From: Callorhinchus milii
Taxonomy: Eukaryota
Direction of reading: 5' to 3'
Assembly (NCBI RefSeq): GCF_018977255.1
Contig: NW_024704742.1
Location: forward strand, 37,758,001-37,822,000
DNA length: 64,000 bases
The notes beneath the pieces are model-generated. The model was not told where the DNA came from, did no database searches, and saw only the letters and a program-made list of their open reading frames with translations. The position numbers and the translations under genes were made by a program. Below are positions 13,463-27,122 of this stretch, piece by piece (position 1 is the stretch's first letter; the number at the start of each line of letters is the position of its first letter).

Positions 13463-15401
13463 GTAAGTACCTCTGTTCTATGCTTTACAGGGGCCATGTT
13501 GAAGTGTTTATTGCTTAAACTTCTATGAGATCCAATAAACCAGTGGTGCAACAAGGCTTCAGGTGCCCTGGTGCAAGAATAGGTTGGGAGCCCCCTTCCC
13601 AATTCAAAATTGTGTTTACTATACAGGCACGTACTGGCCTATTGCGAGCCCAGGACACAGGTAAATGTTTCCAAAATGGCTTAAATGTTTTCTTTTGGGT
13701 GAGGTGGGATGAAAGCACATTCCGCTGCCAATGAATGGAGCACCCATAACCTCGAGGGCCCTGGTGCGACTGCTTTACTTGCACTATTGTAGTTATGCCA
13801 TTGCAATATACTCTCTCTTATCCTGTTTTCCTCTCTATGATTCTATATTGTTATCCTCCCAAGCCACACAATGTCTGTGCTAAAAGTGCTAGTTGAGCAG
13901 TATGGTCAGAATCCTGGCCAGAGCAGCCTGGGAAAACTGCAGGCAGGTGTATCAGAGCAGTCTGTTGGAGAGTCTTATTCAAATCTGCATGTTGGGAACA
14001 ACCATAGCTGTGGTTGCAAATCATTGCAACAGGAATCAAATCTGGTGCTATCAGTCCATGGGGGAGAGGCCTTCATGATTGACTCTCTAAAGCACCATTC
14101 AACAAGGGAGATACTGGAGATCTATAAGCAGAGTAGTAAACCTAGGGAGACAGTGGAAGCAGAACATGTCATTTGTTTCAAGAACAAATTAGATAGATTT
14201 CTGCTAGAAAATAATATTTCAGGATACAGTATATATAGTTTGGGACACAACATGTCAAGTGACTGCCAGGATGGTGGAAAGCGAAATGGATGGACCTTGT
14301 GCTTCTTTCGCCAAGCAAATTCTTCTGTTATATAGCCAGACTATATGGGCACTAGCTCTGCTTTCCCTCACATCCACAATATAACCCATCTCTCCATTGC
14401 CTCTTACCCCAGGTTGCACCTGAAGTGCGGTACTCCATATACAGTGGTTCTGGTCACTGACCAGGGTTTACAGGCAGTCCAGCAGACAGCAACAAGGTTG
14501 ATCCCCGGTGCTAGAGCTATGAGCAACAACTAATTAGGACCCTTCAGTCTGGAAGATACGATTCAGATGGGACCTTAAAGTGGTACATAAGATTTTAAGC
14601 GGGATTGAGAAAGTAATCTCAGAACAATACTTTTAGATGCACTAAGACACCAGAACCTGATTTAGATATACAAAGGGCAGTTTCAGGAGAGACACCAGGG
14701 AGTATTTTTTTACCAACAGAGAAATGAATGACTGAAACAGGTCTCTAGGAAGGATGGTTGAGGCTAGGACGCTGGATGCAATTAAAAAAACAACTTGATA
14801 GGAAGACGGTAGGGTGCGAATTCTGGAAAGATGAGATCAAATGTTCCTTCTTCGTCCGAGAATTTCTTGTGATTTTATATGATCTAATCCCTCTATCCTC
14901 GATACTCCCAATACCCTTTAATATATCTCTTTTTAAAGCACCTAATTCCATTTTTATATTCTTCAACTACGATTTGTGGCAGAGAATTCCACATTCCATC
15001 TACCCTCTGTGCGAAGAAATGTTTTTCTAATTCTCCTTCATTAGTTTTAGAGAATATCTTAAATATGTTTATTCTTTGCTGAGAAATTTATCAAGAAAAC
15101 ACACCTTATTCTCTGCTTTTGGTAAATTTACTCCAGAGAATCATTGTCCCCAGCCTTTTCAGATTACTGCCGACAACATGAGATAAGAGTGCAAAGCAAT
15201 TGTATGACATTTCACCCACAAATATACGCTCAATTCACTTTACAGTCTATTCTGTGAAGCGCTTTGAGACGTTGAGAAGATGTGAAAAGCACTATATCAA
15301 ATGCAAGGATTATTATGATTATTATTCAATGAGAATACCCTATTATAAATGAAGACGATGATTGCTTATGGCTAACGGTAATGGTTTGTGTTTGTCAAAA
15401 G

Positions 15402-15561
15402 AGAGGAGTCAAGGCGCAAAAACCCGTACAAGTGGCTTTTGCTCAGGGAAGCAGCAAAGAAAGAAAGCAAGAAAGTGAAACCCAAACGAGTCACCTCAAA
15501 ACCAATGGAGGAGGAACTAAAGCAAATAACCAAGGAGTTCTGTGAATGGGTTGCCTCTCTG
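15402..15561 (+). CDS. FAM47E: FAM47E-like exon 4
   Basis: aaaag|...KNPYKWL...ITKEFCEWVASL|gtaaat; resembles the FAM47 FCKWV motif. Confidence 0.88.
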
Positions 15562-15796
15562 GTAAATGGAGTGAACAGGATAAGTAAAATATTGAGGTTG
15601 AAAATGTGCTTGTCTAGAAAATTTTAATCTTACCGCTGTCTCACATCAGATAAAGCACACGCAATAGTACCTGTGCTTTCTGCAAAGTAACCTCTGTACA
15701 CCATATGGACTCATGAGGCCTCAGCTCTGAGGAGCATCCAGGTCAGAGCTGGTCTCACAAATCTCTGTGTTACAAATCATTTCAAAAATGTATTTT

Positions 15797-17256
15797 ACAT
15801 TAGAATACATTAGAATACACAGCACAGAAACAGGCCATTTGGCCCAAATGGTCTATGCCTGTGTTTATGTTCCACATGAGCCTCCTCCTGCCCTTCCCCA
15901 ACTAAGCCTTCAAGCATAACCTTCTATTCCTTTCTCCCTCATGTACCTATCTAGCTTCTGCTTAAATACATCTATGCTATTTGCCTCAACAACTCCTTGT
16001 GGTAGCATGTTCCACATTCCCACTACTCTCTGTGTAAATAAATTTCTTCTAACTTCCCTATTTCATCTATTTGTGACTATTTTATATTGATGGCCCCTGG
16101 TTTTGGTTTCCCCCACAAGTGGTAACATCTTCCCTATGTCTACCCTATCAAAACCTTTCATCATTTTAAAGACCTCTGTCAGGTCACCTCTTTTCAAGAG
16201 AAAAGTGTCCAAGTATGTTCAGTCTTTCCTGATAGATATAACATCTTAGTTCTGGGATATCCTTGTGAATCTCCTGTGCACCCTCTCCAGTGCCTCCACA
16301 TCTCTTCTATAATGTGGGGACCAGAACGGCACACAATATTCTAAGTGTGGTCTAACCAAAGTTCTATAGTAGTTTACCATAAATTCCCTGCTTTTCATTT
16401 CTATCCCTCTAGAAATGAACCCCAATGCCTGGTTTGCCTTTTTTATGGCCTTATATACCTGGGTTGCTACTTTTCGTGAATTGTGTATGTGTACCCCTTG
16501 ATCTCTTTGCTCCTCTACCCCATTTAGGTTTTTATTTTCCAGGATGTATGTGACTTCCTTATTCTTTCTACCAACATGTACCACTTCACACTTTTCTACA
16601 TTGAAATGCATTTGCCATTTAAATGCCCACTCAGCAACTTTATTAATGTCTTGCTGCAATTTGTTGCAATCCTCCTCGTATTAACTACTCCCCCCAATTT
16701 GGTGTCATCTGCAAATTTTGAAATTGTACTGCTGATTCCTGAGCCCAAATCATTAATGTACATTGTGAAGAACAGTGATCCCAATACCGATCCTTGTGGA
16801 ACACCACTGCCCACCCCCTGTCAGTCTGAGTAGCTACCCTTTACCCCTACTCTCTGTTTTCTGGAGCCAGCTTGCTATCCATTCTGCTATTTTTCCCCTG
16901 ACTCCACATGCTCTAACCTTATTAATCAGTCTATTATGTTGTAACTTATCAAACGTCTTTTGGAAATCTAAATATATTACATCTACTGTATTATCCTTGT
17001 CTACTCTTTCTGTTACCCCTTCAAAGAATTCAATGAGGTTGGTCAAGCATGACCTTCCTTTTTGAAATCTGTGCTGACTATTCTTTATTACGTTTTCTGT
17101 TTCCAGATGTTTTTCTATTACCTCCTTCAGTAAGGATTCCATTATCTTTCCTACTACCGATGTTAAGCTGACAGGTCTATGGTTCCCTGGGCTTGTTCTA
17201 TCTCCCTTCTTAAATATAGGTATAACATTAGCTATCCTCCAGTCCTCTGGCACTAC
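15797..17256 (-). mobile_element. 5'-truncated CR1 LINE
   Basis: Minus-strand peptides VPEDWRIANVIPIFKKGDR, GVPQGSVLG, KFADDTKLGG, LVRPHLEYCVPFWSPHY; frameshifted. Confidence 0.93.
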
Positions 17257-17579
17257 TAATTTTTTTAGATTTGTTTGAAACAAATTTTTTTTGAGCAAAC
17301 CAAAATAGGTGGTTGTAACTAAGTACAGTATTTCATGGCCTATTTATAATGTTGGAAGAAATACTGTAAACCTCACATAAGTTGTATCAGTTGAGACCAT
17401 ACATTTAATATGACTTAGGCAAAGTATGAGTTATGTCAAAGTTGCATAGAATATAAACTCTTGAACAGGACTTGGGAAGATGTACGACTTAGGTGATTGT
17501 ATGATTTATACAGATCAGACTAATGTGAGTTTTACTGTATCAAATGTTTTATAATTACAGTCATTTCTTGTTTTGAAAG

Positions 17580-17780
17580 GGTGGCGATACCTACAATATA
17601 GATGAATCGACTGTCAGGAGCCTGTTTGCCAGTGGTTATGAGGCCAAAGCCGCTGTCAATGTGCCTATTAGTGTGACAGAGCTGACCAGCATACCTCCAG
17701 AGTTAAGGAAATCAGTGGGAGTACCTTCAGTGATGTCTCCACTGAAATCCCATCTGAATAGGCTGGACCCAATCTTCGAA
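17580..17780 (+). CDS. FAM47E: FAM47E-like exon 5
   Basis: gaaag|GGDTYNIDESTVRSLFASGYEAK...IPPELRKSVG...|gtaagc; 201 bp, phase 0-0. Confidence 0.9.
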
Positions 17781-17837
17781 GTAAGCAGACCAATGTTCAC
17801 TTTACTAGAATTCACCTCCTTAATAAATTGGTGAAGG

Positions 17838-18240
17838 TAATAATAATAATAATAACAACAACAATAATAACAATAATAATAATAATCCTTGCATTTGATG
17901 TAGTACTTTTCACGTCTTCTCAACGTCTCAAAGCGCTTCACAGAATAGACTGTAAAGTGAATTGACTGTATATTTGTGGGTGAAACGTGGCAGCCAGCAG
18001 TGTCCCACAAACAGTCGTGGATTGAAAATGACCAATCTTTTTTTATTTTTGTTTTGGAGGGATTATTATTAGGCGTGTGGAGTAAGGAAACTTGCCCAAG
18101 GTTTTGCCCTGCCTGGAATTGAACCCATGTGTGTCACTTGCAAGGCGAGTGCTCTAACCACTGAGCTACAACAACAACAACAAGATTCCATTTATAGAGC
18201 GCCTTTCACGTCGGGAGGACGTCCCAAGGCGCTGGACTCC
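17838..18240 (-). mobile_element. tRNA-derived SINE with a ~63 bp L2 tail nested in its head
   Basis: Reverse complement of the 6650 SINE; head GGAGTCC|TGTAGCTC is split by an L2 tail at ~18171-18233. Confidence 0.88.
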
Positions 18241-19015
18241 TATAAGGGATATGGTGGGGGTGGGTAGTGGCTACAGCATGGAGAACGTCCGGGAGATATG
18301 GCAGAGAGTGTCTAGGTAGTGGGGATTATGTGGGGGTGATATCTGGGGGTAGCATATCTGGGAGTGAGTTTTGGAGATGTCTAGGGGTCACTGTCTGGGG
18401 GGTGGGGCAGGTGAAGATTTGAGGGGAGTCAAAGAATTGTTGGGGAAGGGGCTGCGCCCAGTCACACTCTGTGGTGGTGCCTCGAGGCCAGGTGGTTCTG
18501 TTCTCCTCTCCTCACGCTCCGATAACTTCACTCCCCCACTCCCGCACACTGGGCTTGCATGGCAGCTCGGCTGTTTGTGAGTCCTGGGACACTGGGAGCA
18601 CCAGCAGGTACACAGCAATCCTGTACTTCAAGCCGGGGGCTGCTGCCACACCCCCAACACCCCCTGTTCCCACATCTGTACATCAAGCCTGCCCTTTCAA
18701 TGGTTCATAGCGGGACTTCACCCATCCTCTTTTGATAGTGATCTCCTGCCAGTTTAAATGGTACCAGCATTCGAGCTTCAACCATCCTTCCTGTTAACAT
18801 GTTTGAGTCATTAATAACCCTTTGGGTAAAGGAATAGAGGTATTGCCATAGAGATATCACAGAAGTCGTTTTCACACAAGGACATGGACAAAAGCTTTGA
18901 GTCGTCCTCATGACGTGAAATGTGCTATATAAATGTAAAGTGTATTGTAAGCTGCATTGTTTGGAGGTGAAAATAGTATCCATTCACTAGACTTTTATGG
19001 TTGTGTTTTTGATAG

Positions 19016-19174
19016 AAATGCGTCAAGAACAGAAAGGCAAAGTTTAGGTATGGAGCGTGGTACCTAGATCCCAAGACATGGGTGAAAAGAGGCTATGATG
19101 AACTGCTGCTGGATCCCGGTTTTCGAAGGAGCAGTGATGGTGGATCCAGATTTATAGATTTCACGACTCTAAAG
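19016..19174 (+). CDS. FAM47E: FAM47E-like exon 6
   Basis: gatag|...KFRYGAWYLDPKTW...LLDP...|gtagta; hallmark RYGAWYL motif. Confidence 0.92.
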
Positions 19175-19205
19175 GTAGTAATTTAGGTTATTGACTATTT
19201 TCAAA

Positions 19206-20132
19206 TGGAGTCCTGTAGCATACTGGTTAGAGCACTTGCCTTGCAAGTGAGAAGACCTGGGTTCAACCCCCAATTATCCTTTCTCCCTCGCATCCAGTCC
19301 CTCACCAGCACCGCCTTCTTCCACTTCCGATGCATCGCCCGCCTCCACCAATACCTCTATCCGAAAGTCGCTGAAACCCTAGTCCATGCCTTTGTCACCT
19401 CTCGGCTGGACTATTCTAATGCCCTCCTCCACTACCATCCATAAAATCCAGATCATTCAAAACTCTGCCGCCCACATTCTCACCCGCACCAAACTCCGCT
19501 CCCCGATTACCCCAGTCCTTACCAGACTGCATTGGCTCCCTGTCCCAGAGAGGATCGACTTCAAGATCCTCACCTTGTATTCAAATCGCTCCACTCCTCT
19601 GCAGCCCCTACCTCTCTGACCTCTCTCCTCAAAACAGTACCCATTACCTTTGTTCCTCCGGGTCTGGCCTGCTCCTCGTCCCCCGAGTCCTCCGCTCCAC
19701 CCTTGGTGGCCGTGCCTTCAGCCACTATGCCCCGAGGCTTTGGAATTCCCTTCCTTACTCTCTTCGCCTCGTTCCCTCTCTTCCTATTTTCAGGTCTCTG
19801 CTGAAGACCAATCTCTTCGACCTTGCCTTTGGTCACCTTCTTCCCTCTCCCCTTGGCTCGGCCCCGGGATCCGTTACTGTGAAGCGCTCTGAGACGCCGT
19901 CCGGCGTGGAGGGCGCTATATAAATCCAAGTTGTTGTTGTAGTCAATTGGCGGATCACTTTCTAGGTGTAATAATCCCTTCAAAAAAATATTAATTTGGT
20001 TACCCAATGCACAAATGTTTGTGGGATCCTGCTGTGTGCAATTGTTATAGTATATTCTGTGAAGCCCTTTGAGACATCTCAATGACGTGATGAAGTGCTA
20101 TACCAAATGCAAGGATTATTAATATTATTATT
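19206..20132 (+). mobile_element. Older tRNA-derived SINE split by an L2 3' fragment (~19269-19941)
   Basis: SINE head at 19206-19270, then L2 peptides LVHAFVTSRLDYSNALL and LHWLPVPERIDFKIL with a (TTG)n tail, then the SINE body resumes at ~19968. Confidence 0.82.
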
Positions 20133-20371
20133 ACAAATGGATCAGTAATCAAATATTCAGCTCCAAATTCAGGTTGCTAGGGAGGGTGATTGTGGCCAGG
20201 ACACTGGATATTTAAAAAAAAACAGATTGGTGCTATAATGGGAGAATGATAGGGTGAGGATGAGATCAAGATGGGCCAAGAGCCTTCTTCATCCAAACTA
20301 ATTCTGTGAACTTGTGAACAGAAGAGCTGGAACATAAGTACAGAATGTGAAAAAGAGGTAATTCATCCATC

Positions 20372-22696
20372 AGACTGGCTACCTCCACATCCACTCCGCC
20401 ACCCACGTCTGCGGTCACCCCCTCGACCTGGTGATCACTCAAGGCCTCACCGTCTCAGATCTCACCATCATTGACAGAGCGATGTCAGACCATTACTTCA
20501 TCTCCCTTAACTCCTCAATCCCTCTCCCCACCGCCACCCAACCCACCTCCATCACCTACTGCAACTGGAAAAAATTTCCCCACCACTCTCGCCCACCACC
20601 CCCCATCCCGCTCGGCTGCTTTGGAGTCATCTGAACTCCTTCCCCTCTTGGCTTCCTCCCACAATGACCTATCCTCCTCGGTCACTGTTCTCCACAGCTC
20701 CCTCTCCTCCACTTTCGATTCCCTTACTCCCCTCTCTTCCCGAACCATCTCCTATTCAGATAAGTCACCATGGTACACCAGCCACCTCCACTTCTTGAAG
20801 ACAAGTGCATGCCGTTGAGAGCACCGGGCTTAAATCAAACTTAATGATCCATCAGCAGATCTGGCTGGAACTTTTCAAATCCTACCACTTCGCTCTCGCC
20901 CCCTCTAATTCATCTTTCTACTCCAAGACAATCTTGGAGGCTAAGGGCAACCCCAGGCTCCTCGTCTCCATCACCAACTGGCTCATCCGTCCACCCTCTC
21001 ATGCCTCACCCATCCTCACCTCAATGCCAACTGTGAGGCGATGTTGGACTTCCTCAAATCCAAAGTTGATGGGATCCACCCAGCTGCCTTTGCCGTTCCT
21101 TCTACTACCCCCATCCCCATCTCCCCCTCCCACCCCGGCCCCTACCCATCCCTCCCTCCACACCTTTGAACCTGTCTCCCACTCCTCTCTCACCGCCACT
21201 ATAACCACCATGAAACCGACCACCTGCTCCCTCGACCCCATCCCTACCCCTCTCCTTCCCTCCCAGCTACATCTTCTTGCCCCTCTACTCACAGACATCA
21301 TAAACCTCTCCCTGTCCACTGGTACTGTTCCCACCCCATTCAAAACCGTCGTCATGACTCCTATCCTCAAAAACCATCCCTGGACCCATCTGTGTTCTCA
21401 AACTACCGCCCCAAACTCCTTTTCCTCTTCAGTATCCAGGAATGAATTGTTGCTTCCCAGCTTCTATCCTTCCTCTCCCGCCACTCTATTCACGAGCCAC
21501 TCAAATTAGTTTTCCATGCAGCCCACAGCACAGAAACAGCCCTGGTCAAAGTGACAAATAACATTCTGTCCATCTGCTTTCAGGGCTCCTTCTGCCTCCT
21601 CGTCCTTCTTGATCTCTCTGCTGCCTTCAACACCGTTGACCACTCTATCCTCATCCACCACCTCTCCTCTCACCTCAACCTTCATGGCTCTGTCCTTGAC
21701 TGGTTCAGATCGTACCTCTCACACTGCCTCCACTTCATCTCCACAAACGGTTTTGCCTCTAGCCCCTGCACCGTCTCGTGCGAGGTTTCTCAGGGCTCTG
21801 TCCTTGGTCCCCTCCTCTTCAATATCTATATGCTCCCTCTTGGTGACATCATCCACAGACATGGGATCAATTTCCACATTTATGCAGATGACACCCAACT
21901 CTACCTCTCTGCCTCCACCCTTGACTCCAGGACCACTGCTTTCCTGACAGAATGTCTGGATGAGAGCTAACTTTCTTCAGTTGAATGTCTCCTGATTGGC
22001 ACCTCAGGCTCTGACAGCATCACCATCCATGGTTGCACATTCCACCTTACTAAGCCAGGCCGGAACTTTGACGTCTTGTTTGACCCTCAACTATCCTTTC
22101 TACCCCACATCTGTGCCATGACCCTCTCTGCCTTCCCCCACCTCCGCAACATCGGCCAACTTCATCACTGTCTCACACTGTCTAACTCCTTGCTTGTCGG
22201 CCTCTAACTCTGCAGCCTGTGTCCGCTCCTGCATTAAGCTCCATGACCCTATCATCCCCGACTCCACTGGCTTCCCATCACACAGAGGATACAGTTCAAG
22301 ATCCTGGTCCTCACCTTCAAAGCCATCCATGGTCTTGCTCCCCCTACCTCTGTGACTTCCTAACCCCCTACCATCCTGCCCGCTCCCTCTGTTTAGCGGG
22401 CTCTGGCCTGCTTCACATCTCCCACCTCATGCGCCCCACCATTGTCGGGTGATCCTTCTGCTACTCTGGAACTCCACCCCGCAATCCCTCCACCTTGCCA
22501 AATCCCTTGCCTCCTTCAAGACACATCTCAAGACCCTCCTCTTCGACCTTGCTTTCAATCACCATGCTTCGCCCCCGCCCTCCATCCTCCCCAATCCTGA
22601 CCTCCAGCTCGGGTCCGAAACTCTGACTGTCCAACGCCTTGGAGTGTCCTCCTGACGTGAAAGGCGCTTTACAAATGTAATTTTGTTGTTGTTGTT
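20372..22696 (+). mobile_element. Decayed L2 LINE ORF2 (endonuclease end, RT, 3' tail)
   Basis: Peptides GHPLDLVI, SDHYFI, TCSLDPIPT, LLDLSAAFNTVDH, QGSVLGPLLFNIYM, YADDTQLY; ends in (TTG)n. Confidence 0.92.
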
Positions 22697-22719
22697 ACCT
22701 CCAAAATCCTGGACTACCC

Positions 22720-23442
22720 TACAACAACAACAAAAACAAAATTACATGTATAGTGTGCCTTTCATATTGGGAGGACGTCCCAAGGTGCTGGGCAGTCAGG
22801 GGTCAGGACCTGAGCATGGGGTGAGGGAAGGCAGAGAGGTGGGAGGGCGACCAAAGGCACGTTTGAAGAGGAGGGTCTTGAGACCGGCCTGAAGGAGGCA
22901 AGGGAGGAAGCGAGGTGAAGGAACTGTGGGATGGTGTTCTAGAGTGTGGGGGCAGAGAGGCTTAAAACCCGGCCACCGATGGTAGGGCAGGTCGGGTGGG
23001 AGACATGGAGCAGGCCAGAACCTGCTGAGCGGAGGAGCGGGCAGGTTGGTAGGGAGTCAGCAGGTCAGAGAGGTAGGAGGGGGCAAGGCCATGGATGGCC
23101 TTGAAAGTGAGGTCAAGGATCTTGAACTCGATCCTCTGAGGGATGGGGAGCCAGTGGAGTCGAGCGAGGGTGGGAGTGATGGGGTCATGGAGCCTGGTGC
23201 GTGAGAGTACACGCATTTTGGATTATCTGCAGCTTGTGAAGGGAAGAGTTGGGAAGGCCGATGAGGAGGGAGTTCCCATAATCGAGCCTTGATGTGATGA
23301 ATGCATGGATAAGGATTTCGACAGCCTGAGGGGTGAGGCAGTGGCGGAGTCTGGCCATGTTGCGGAGGTGGTGGTAGGCAGTGGATGTGGGGGAGAAAGG
23401 ACAGTTCACGGTCAAACAAGACACCCAGGTTCCTGATTGTCA
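22720..23442 (-). mobile_element. L2 3' fragment, tail-to-tail with the preceding L2
   Basis: Minus-strand [17 protein letters not shown] and LHWLPIPQRIEFKIL; (CAA)n at the left end. Confidence 0.9.
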
Positions 23443-24545
23443 TAGTGAGGTTACCCTAGGACTTCATCCTTCTCACTTTAACTTCTGTGGGAAAGCTTTT
23501 TGACAAGTAGAAAGGAAAAAAATATATAGATTCAAGGACCATTGTCCTGCAACTTAAGATTGTCCTGAATTTTGGAAAATTCTAAAATTCCGACTTAAAT
23601 CTTGTGAAAAACTGGCTTCCAATACTGAATTTAAAATGTGTTCAAAATTCTGCACATCTTAAATTTTAATATAATGGTCGAGTTTTCGTCGATTGTTAGT
23701 TTGCACTACTCAGGTACTCACTAGTTAAACTCATTAAGTCATTGGGGTGACTCAGTTAGAAGCTTAAAATGAAGATTTTCCTGAATGCAAATTCATTGTA
23801 TAGATCAGGATATGATTAAAATCGGGATTTCTTGACAAAAAGAAAAGTGTAAATGTTTGAGCTGGTAAATCAAACAGTAAGTGCTCACCACCTCTGTTTG
23901 CTAATTGCACATTTTGCGTTTATCTTACAGCTTCAAGGTGGGACTAACATGTGAACCTCAACTATTGTATTTTATCTTCTTTGAAAGCAACCTTGTGCTA
24001 AATTCTTGAATAATACACTAGATGGAGCACTCACAGCATTAGAACTCCATTTGGGAAGGAGAGAGAGAGAAAAGGATTTATCTCCTGTGTTTCATTAAAT
24101 TAGAGATTTTAAATTAGAGAAATTAGAACAATTGGGTTGCTCATTTTTTATTTCTATGGCAACTTTTCTTCTCCAATTCTCTCACCTACACTCATAAAGT
24201 GGTCATTATTCATGTACGAACCTGGGTAGCGAATGTTGGAAGAATAGTCAACAACAGGCAGCTTCACCTGACACCTACCCTGACTCAGGTGGTTGCACTT
24301 TCTCCTCTGAGTCAGGAGTTTGTGAGTTCAAGCCCCACGTGTGGTCCTTAAAGTCACAGTCTAGATGGGGAAATGCTGCATTGTAGATGTACTGTTCTTC
24401 GACTTTAAAATAAGGTCCTTTCTGCCTGTTCAGATAGATTTTAAAGATATCTGGGACATTACTAGTACCAAAGGGGATTCTAATAAGGCTGAATAGTACC
24501 AACCAGTGATGCAGAGAAGACTGACAGGAAATTATCTTATCTTTC

Positions 24546-24868
24546 GTAGAATCATAGAATTATACAGCACAGAAGGAGGCCATTCGGCCCATTGTGGCTG
24601 TGCTGGCTCTTTGAAAATAGCTATCCAAATCAATCGCACTCTCCCACTCTCTCCCCATAGCCCACAAACTTGTCCTCCCCAAATAATTATCTTCTTCTCT
24701 CTAAAAGTTGCAATCGAATCGGCTTCCACCAGCTTTTCAGGCAATGCATTCCAGATCCCAACAACTCACTGTGTGAAAAAATTTCTTCTCATCTCCCTTC
24801 TGTTTGTTTTATCAACTATTTTAAATCGGTGTCTTTGGGTTACCAACCCACCCGCCAGTGGAAATAGT
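24546..24868 (-). mobile_element. CR1 3' end fragment
   Basis: AGAATCATAGAAT..ACAGCACAGAAGGAGGCCATTCGGCCC tail, similar to the other CR1 ends in the window. Confidence 0.75.
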
Positions 24869-25024
24869 TTGCTTTCAAGCAAAAGGACATTCTTCCAAAA
24901 AATATGCTCTACGGTATACCCTGTATATATATGTATATATAGAGCACTATAGGGGGGTGGGCTAATTCATTTAACCTGAGCTACTGCTTTTTTTAAAACT
25001 CTTTTTTTTATTGCTTTGTTAAAG

Positions 25025-25102
25025 GATAAGCACCAAAAAGGGCTCTACGCTACTTTGGCTTTCAGAGATTTCATTGAGGCTAAAGGAGCCAGAAAACCAG
25101 AG
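25025..25102 (+). CDS. FAM47E: FAM47E-like exon 7
   Basis: taaag|DKHQKGLYATLAFRDFIEAKGARKPE|gtaaag; resembles the FAM47E AFKDFI..G...P segment. Confidence 0.88.
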
Positions 25103-25432
25103 GTAAAGAGTACACAAAGGCATAGACATATCTATGATAAAACATACCTGCAAATTCAGGTGTATTTGCCAATATGTTTCAAACCATTGTAAAACTATAG
25201 TTGTCTCACAAATAAGGAGACCTTGGTCAAAATATTTTCTGAATCTTTAAAATATTTCAGATCTGACAGCTTTAATTCACATTTCAATATATGGAGGAAT
25301 AATCAGAATATGTTTCCCAGCTACATATAAACTATTTATGTATAATTAAACTATATACCGTATAACTAAGTATTCTAAGTCCGGTAAATCTTAGTTTAAA
25401 AAAAACAACTGTTCTGGTTTTATATTTTTCAG

Positions 25433-25561
25433 TTCATGCAGCAATTGCTTACCATAAAGGAGGATTCAAAATTCACAGACTATGCAGAAATGCCACTGCA
25501 TAACATAGAAAAGTTCAGGCGCAAAGCTGCTTTGCAGCATGTTGGTTTGGCCATGTATTAG
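25433..25561 (+). CDS. FAM47E: FAM47E-like exon 8 (terminal)
   Basis: ttttcag|FMQQLL...AMY-TAG; AATAAA at 25693-25698. The eight exons sum to 1353 nt (450 aa) without internal stops. Confidence 0.8.
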   Translation, partial: FMQQLLTIKEDSKFTDYAEMPLHNIEKFRRKAALQHVGLAMY

Positions 25562-26378
25562 CAGACTCCATCAATTGTATTGTTTTATCACAGTTTACTT
25601 TATGTTATAAGTTTCCAAGTATTTCAATCTTCCCCTTTTTACAGCTTTTACTTGGACCAACAATTTTCCTGATAATTATGTATTACGCTATGAATAAACT
25701 ACATTCTGCCAAGATTGCTAAATTCTGTATTTGTGTTCATCTGTTAGTTATGTGCACAACACAGATCATTTAACACAAAATCGTGCAGCTGAACTTAGAA
25801 ATGTTGCTTAAATGTGATTGTATATTTTTCGTTCTGGTCGTGTAATAGCAACATGTACTGTATGTGAAATTACTAACAGCAGATGTAAGACAAATGTGCA
25901 TAATAATGTTTCACTGAATTTAAAATAGTGGATGTGCGTGTACCTTTGATGCTATCATGTTTGTAGGTTGTTGATTAAACCCCAAAATGATCCAGATGTT
26001 TTATCAGTCTAGGTTTCTCTGTGCTTAGCATAAGGTGCTTCTAAAATGATGTTCAGAAGCAGCTACTACAGTACGTATTCAGCACTGTTTTCTCTAGCAG
26101 TCTGAGACTACGCTATACCATAGAGCTCCTAATCCAAACATAGATGTGAGGTGGACACTGGCACGTAAAGAGTTTTCAAGAAAAATTTATACCCAGAGAG
26201 TGATCACGATATGGCAGCCTGGTTCAGTATATTTACAAATCCTATGCAATTCCACATTGTGAATACAGCCTTCATTGTAAATAGCCTGTGATAAATAGAC
26301 TGAAATATTTGTAGTATTCAAACATCACCCAGAGAGGCACAAGATTTCTTCATTGTTGGAAATCACAAGACAACAACA

Positions 26379-26984
26379 ACAACAAGATTACATTTGTATA
26401 GCGCCTTTCATGTCAGGAAGACGTCCCAAGGCGCAGGATAGAGTGCAGCATTCCGAGCTGGGGTCGGGGGGGGGAGAAGGGAGGGAAGGGGGGTGGCCGA
26501 TGGAATGGTCAAAGAGGAGGGTTTTGAGACGGGACTTGAAGGAGGCTAAGGAAGTGGTGAGGCAGAGTGACTTGGGGATGGAATTCCAGAGGTTGGGGGC
26601 AGAGTGGCTGAAGGCTCTCGCGCCAATGGTGGGGCGGGTGGGCCGGGGGAGGTGTATCAGGCCAGAGCCGACTGAGCGGAGGGAACGGGCGGGTTGGTAG
26701 AGGTTTAGGAAGTCGCAGAGGTAGGGTGGGGCGAGGCCATGGAGGGCTTTGTATGTGAGGACCAAAATCTTGAACTGGATCTTCTGAAGGATAGGGAGCC
26801 AGTGGAGTCGGGCGAGAGTGGGGGAGATGGGGTTACGGAGTTTGGTGCGGGAGAGGACACGGGCTGCAGAGTTCTGGATTATCTGCAGTCTGTGGAGGGA
26901 GGAGTTGGGAAGGCCGACAAGCAGGGCTTTGCATAGTCGAGCCTGGAGGTGATGAAGGCATGAACAAGAGTTTGAGAGGGATTG
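26379..26984 (-). mobile_element. L2 3' fragment abutting the ACAT2 exon 1 region
   Basis: Minus-strand [12 protein letters not shown] and LHWLPILQKIQFKILVLTYKALHGLAPPYL; (CAA)n tail at left. Confidence 0.9.
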
Positions 26985-27122
26985 CCTGGTGCCCTCCCCC
27001 CTCCCCACCCGCCTCCTGCACTCACAGCGCGATGAGTGGGAGAGACGCTGTTGTGATCCTCTCCGCAGCGACAACCCCAATAGGTAACACAGAGAGAGCA
27101 GCGCCACAGCCGGACAGCGGGG

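Noticed and set aside
13871-14335. 154 aa ORF with GQNP, a possible missing ACAT2 exon 3
   Set aside because: No thiolase CGSG motif or further similarity; the 3' part resembles a decayed CR1 end inside a FAM47E intron.
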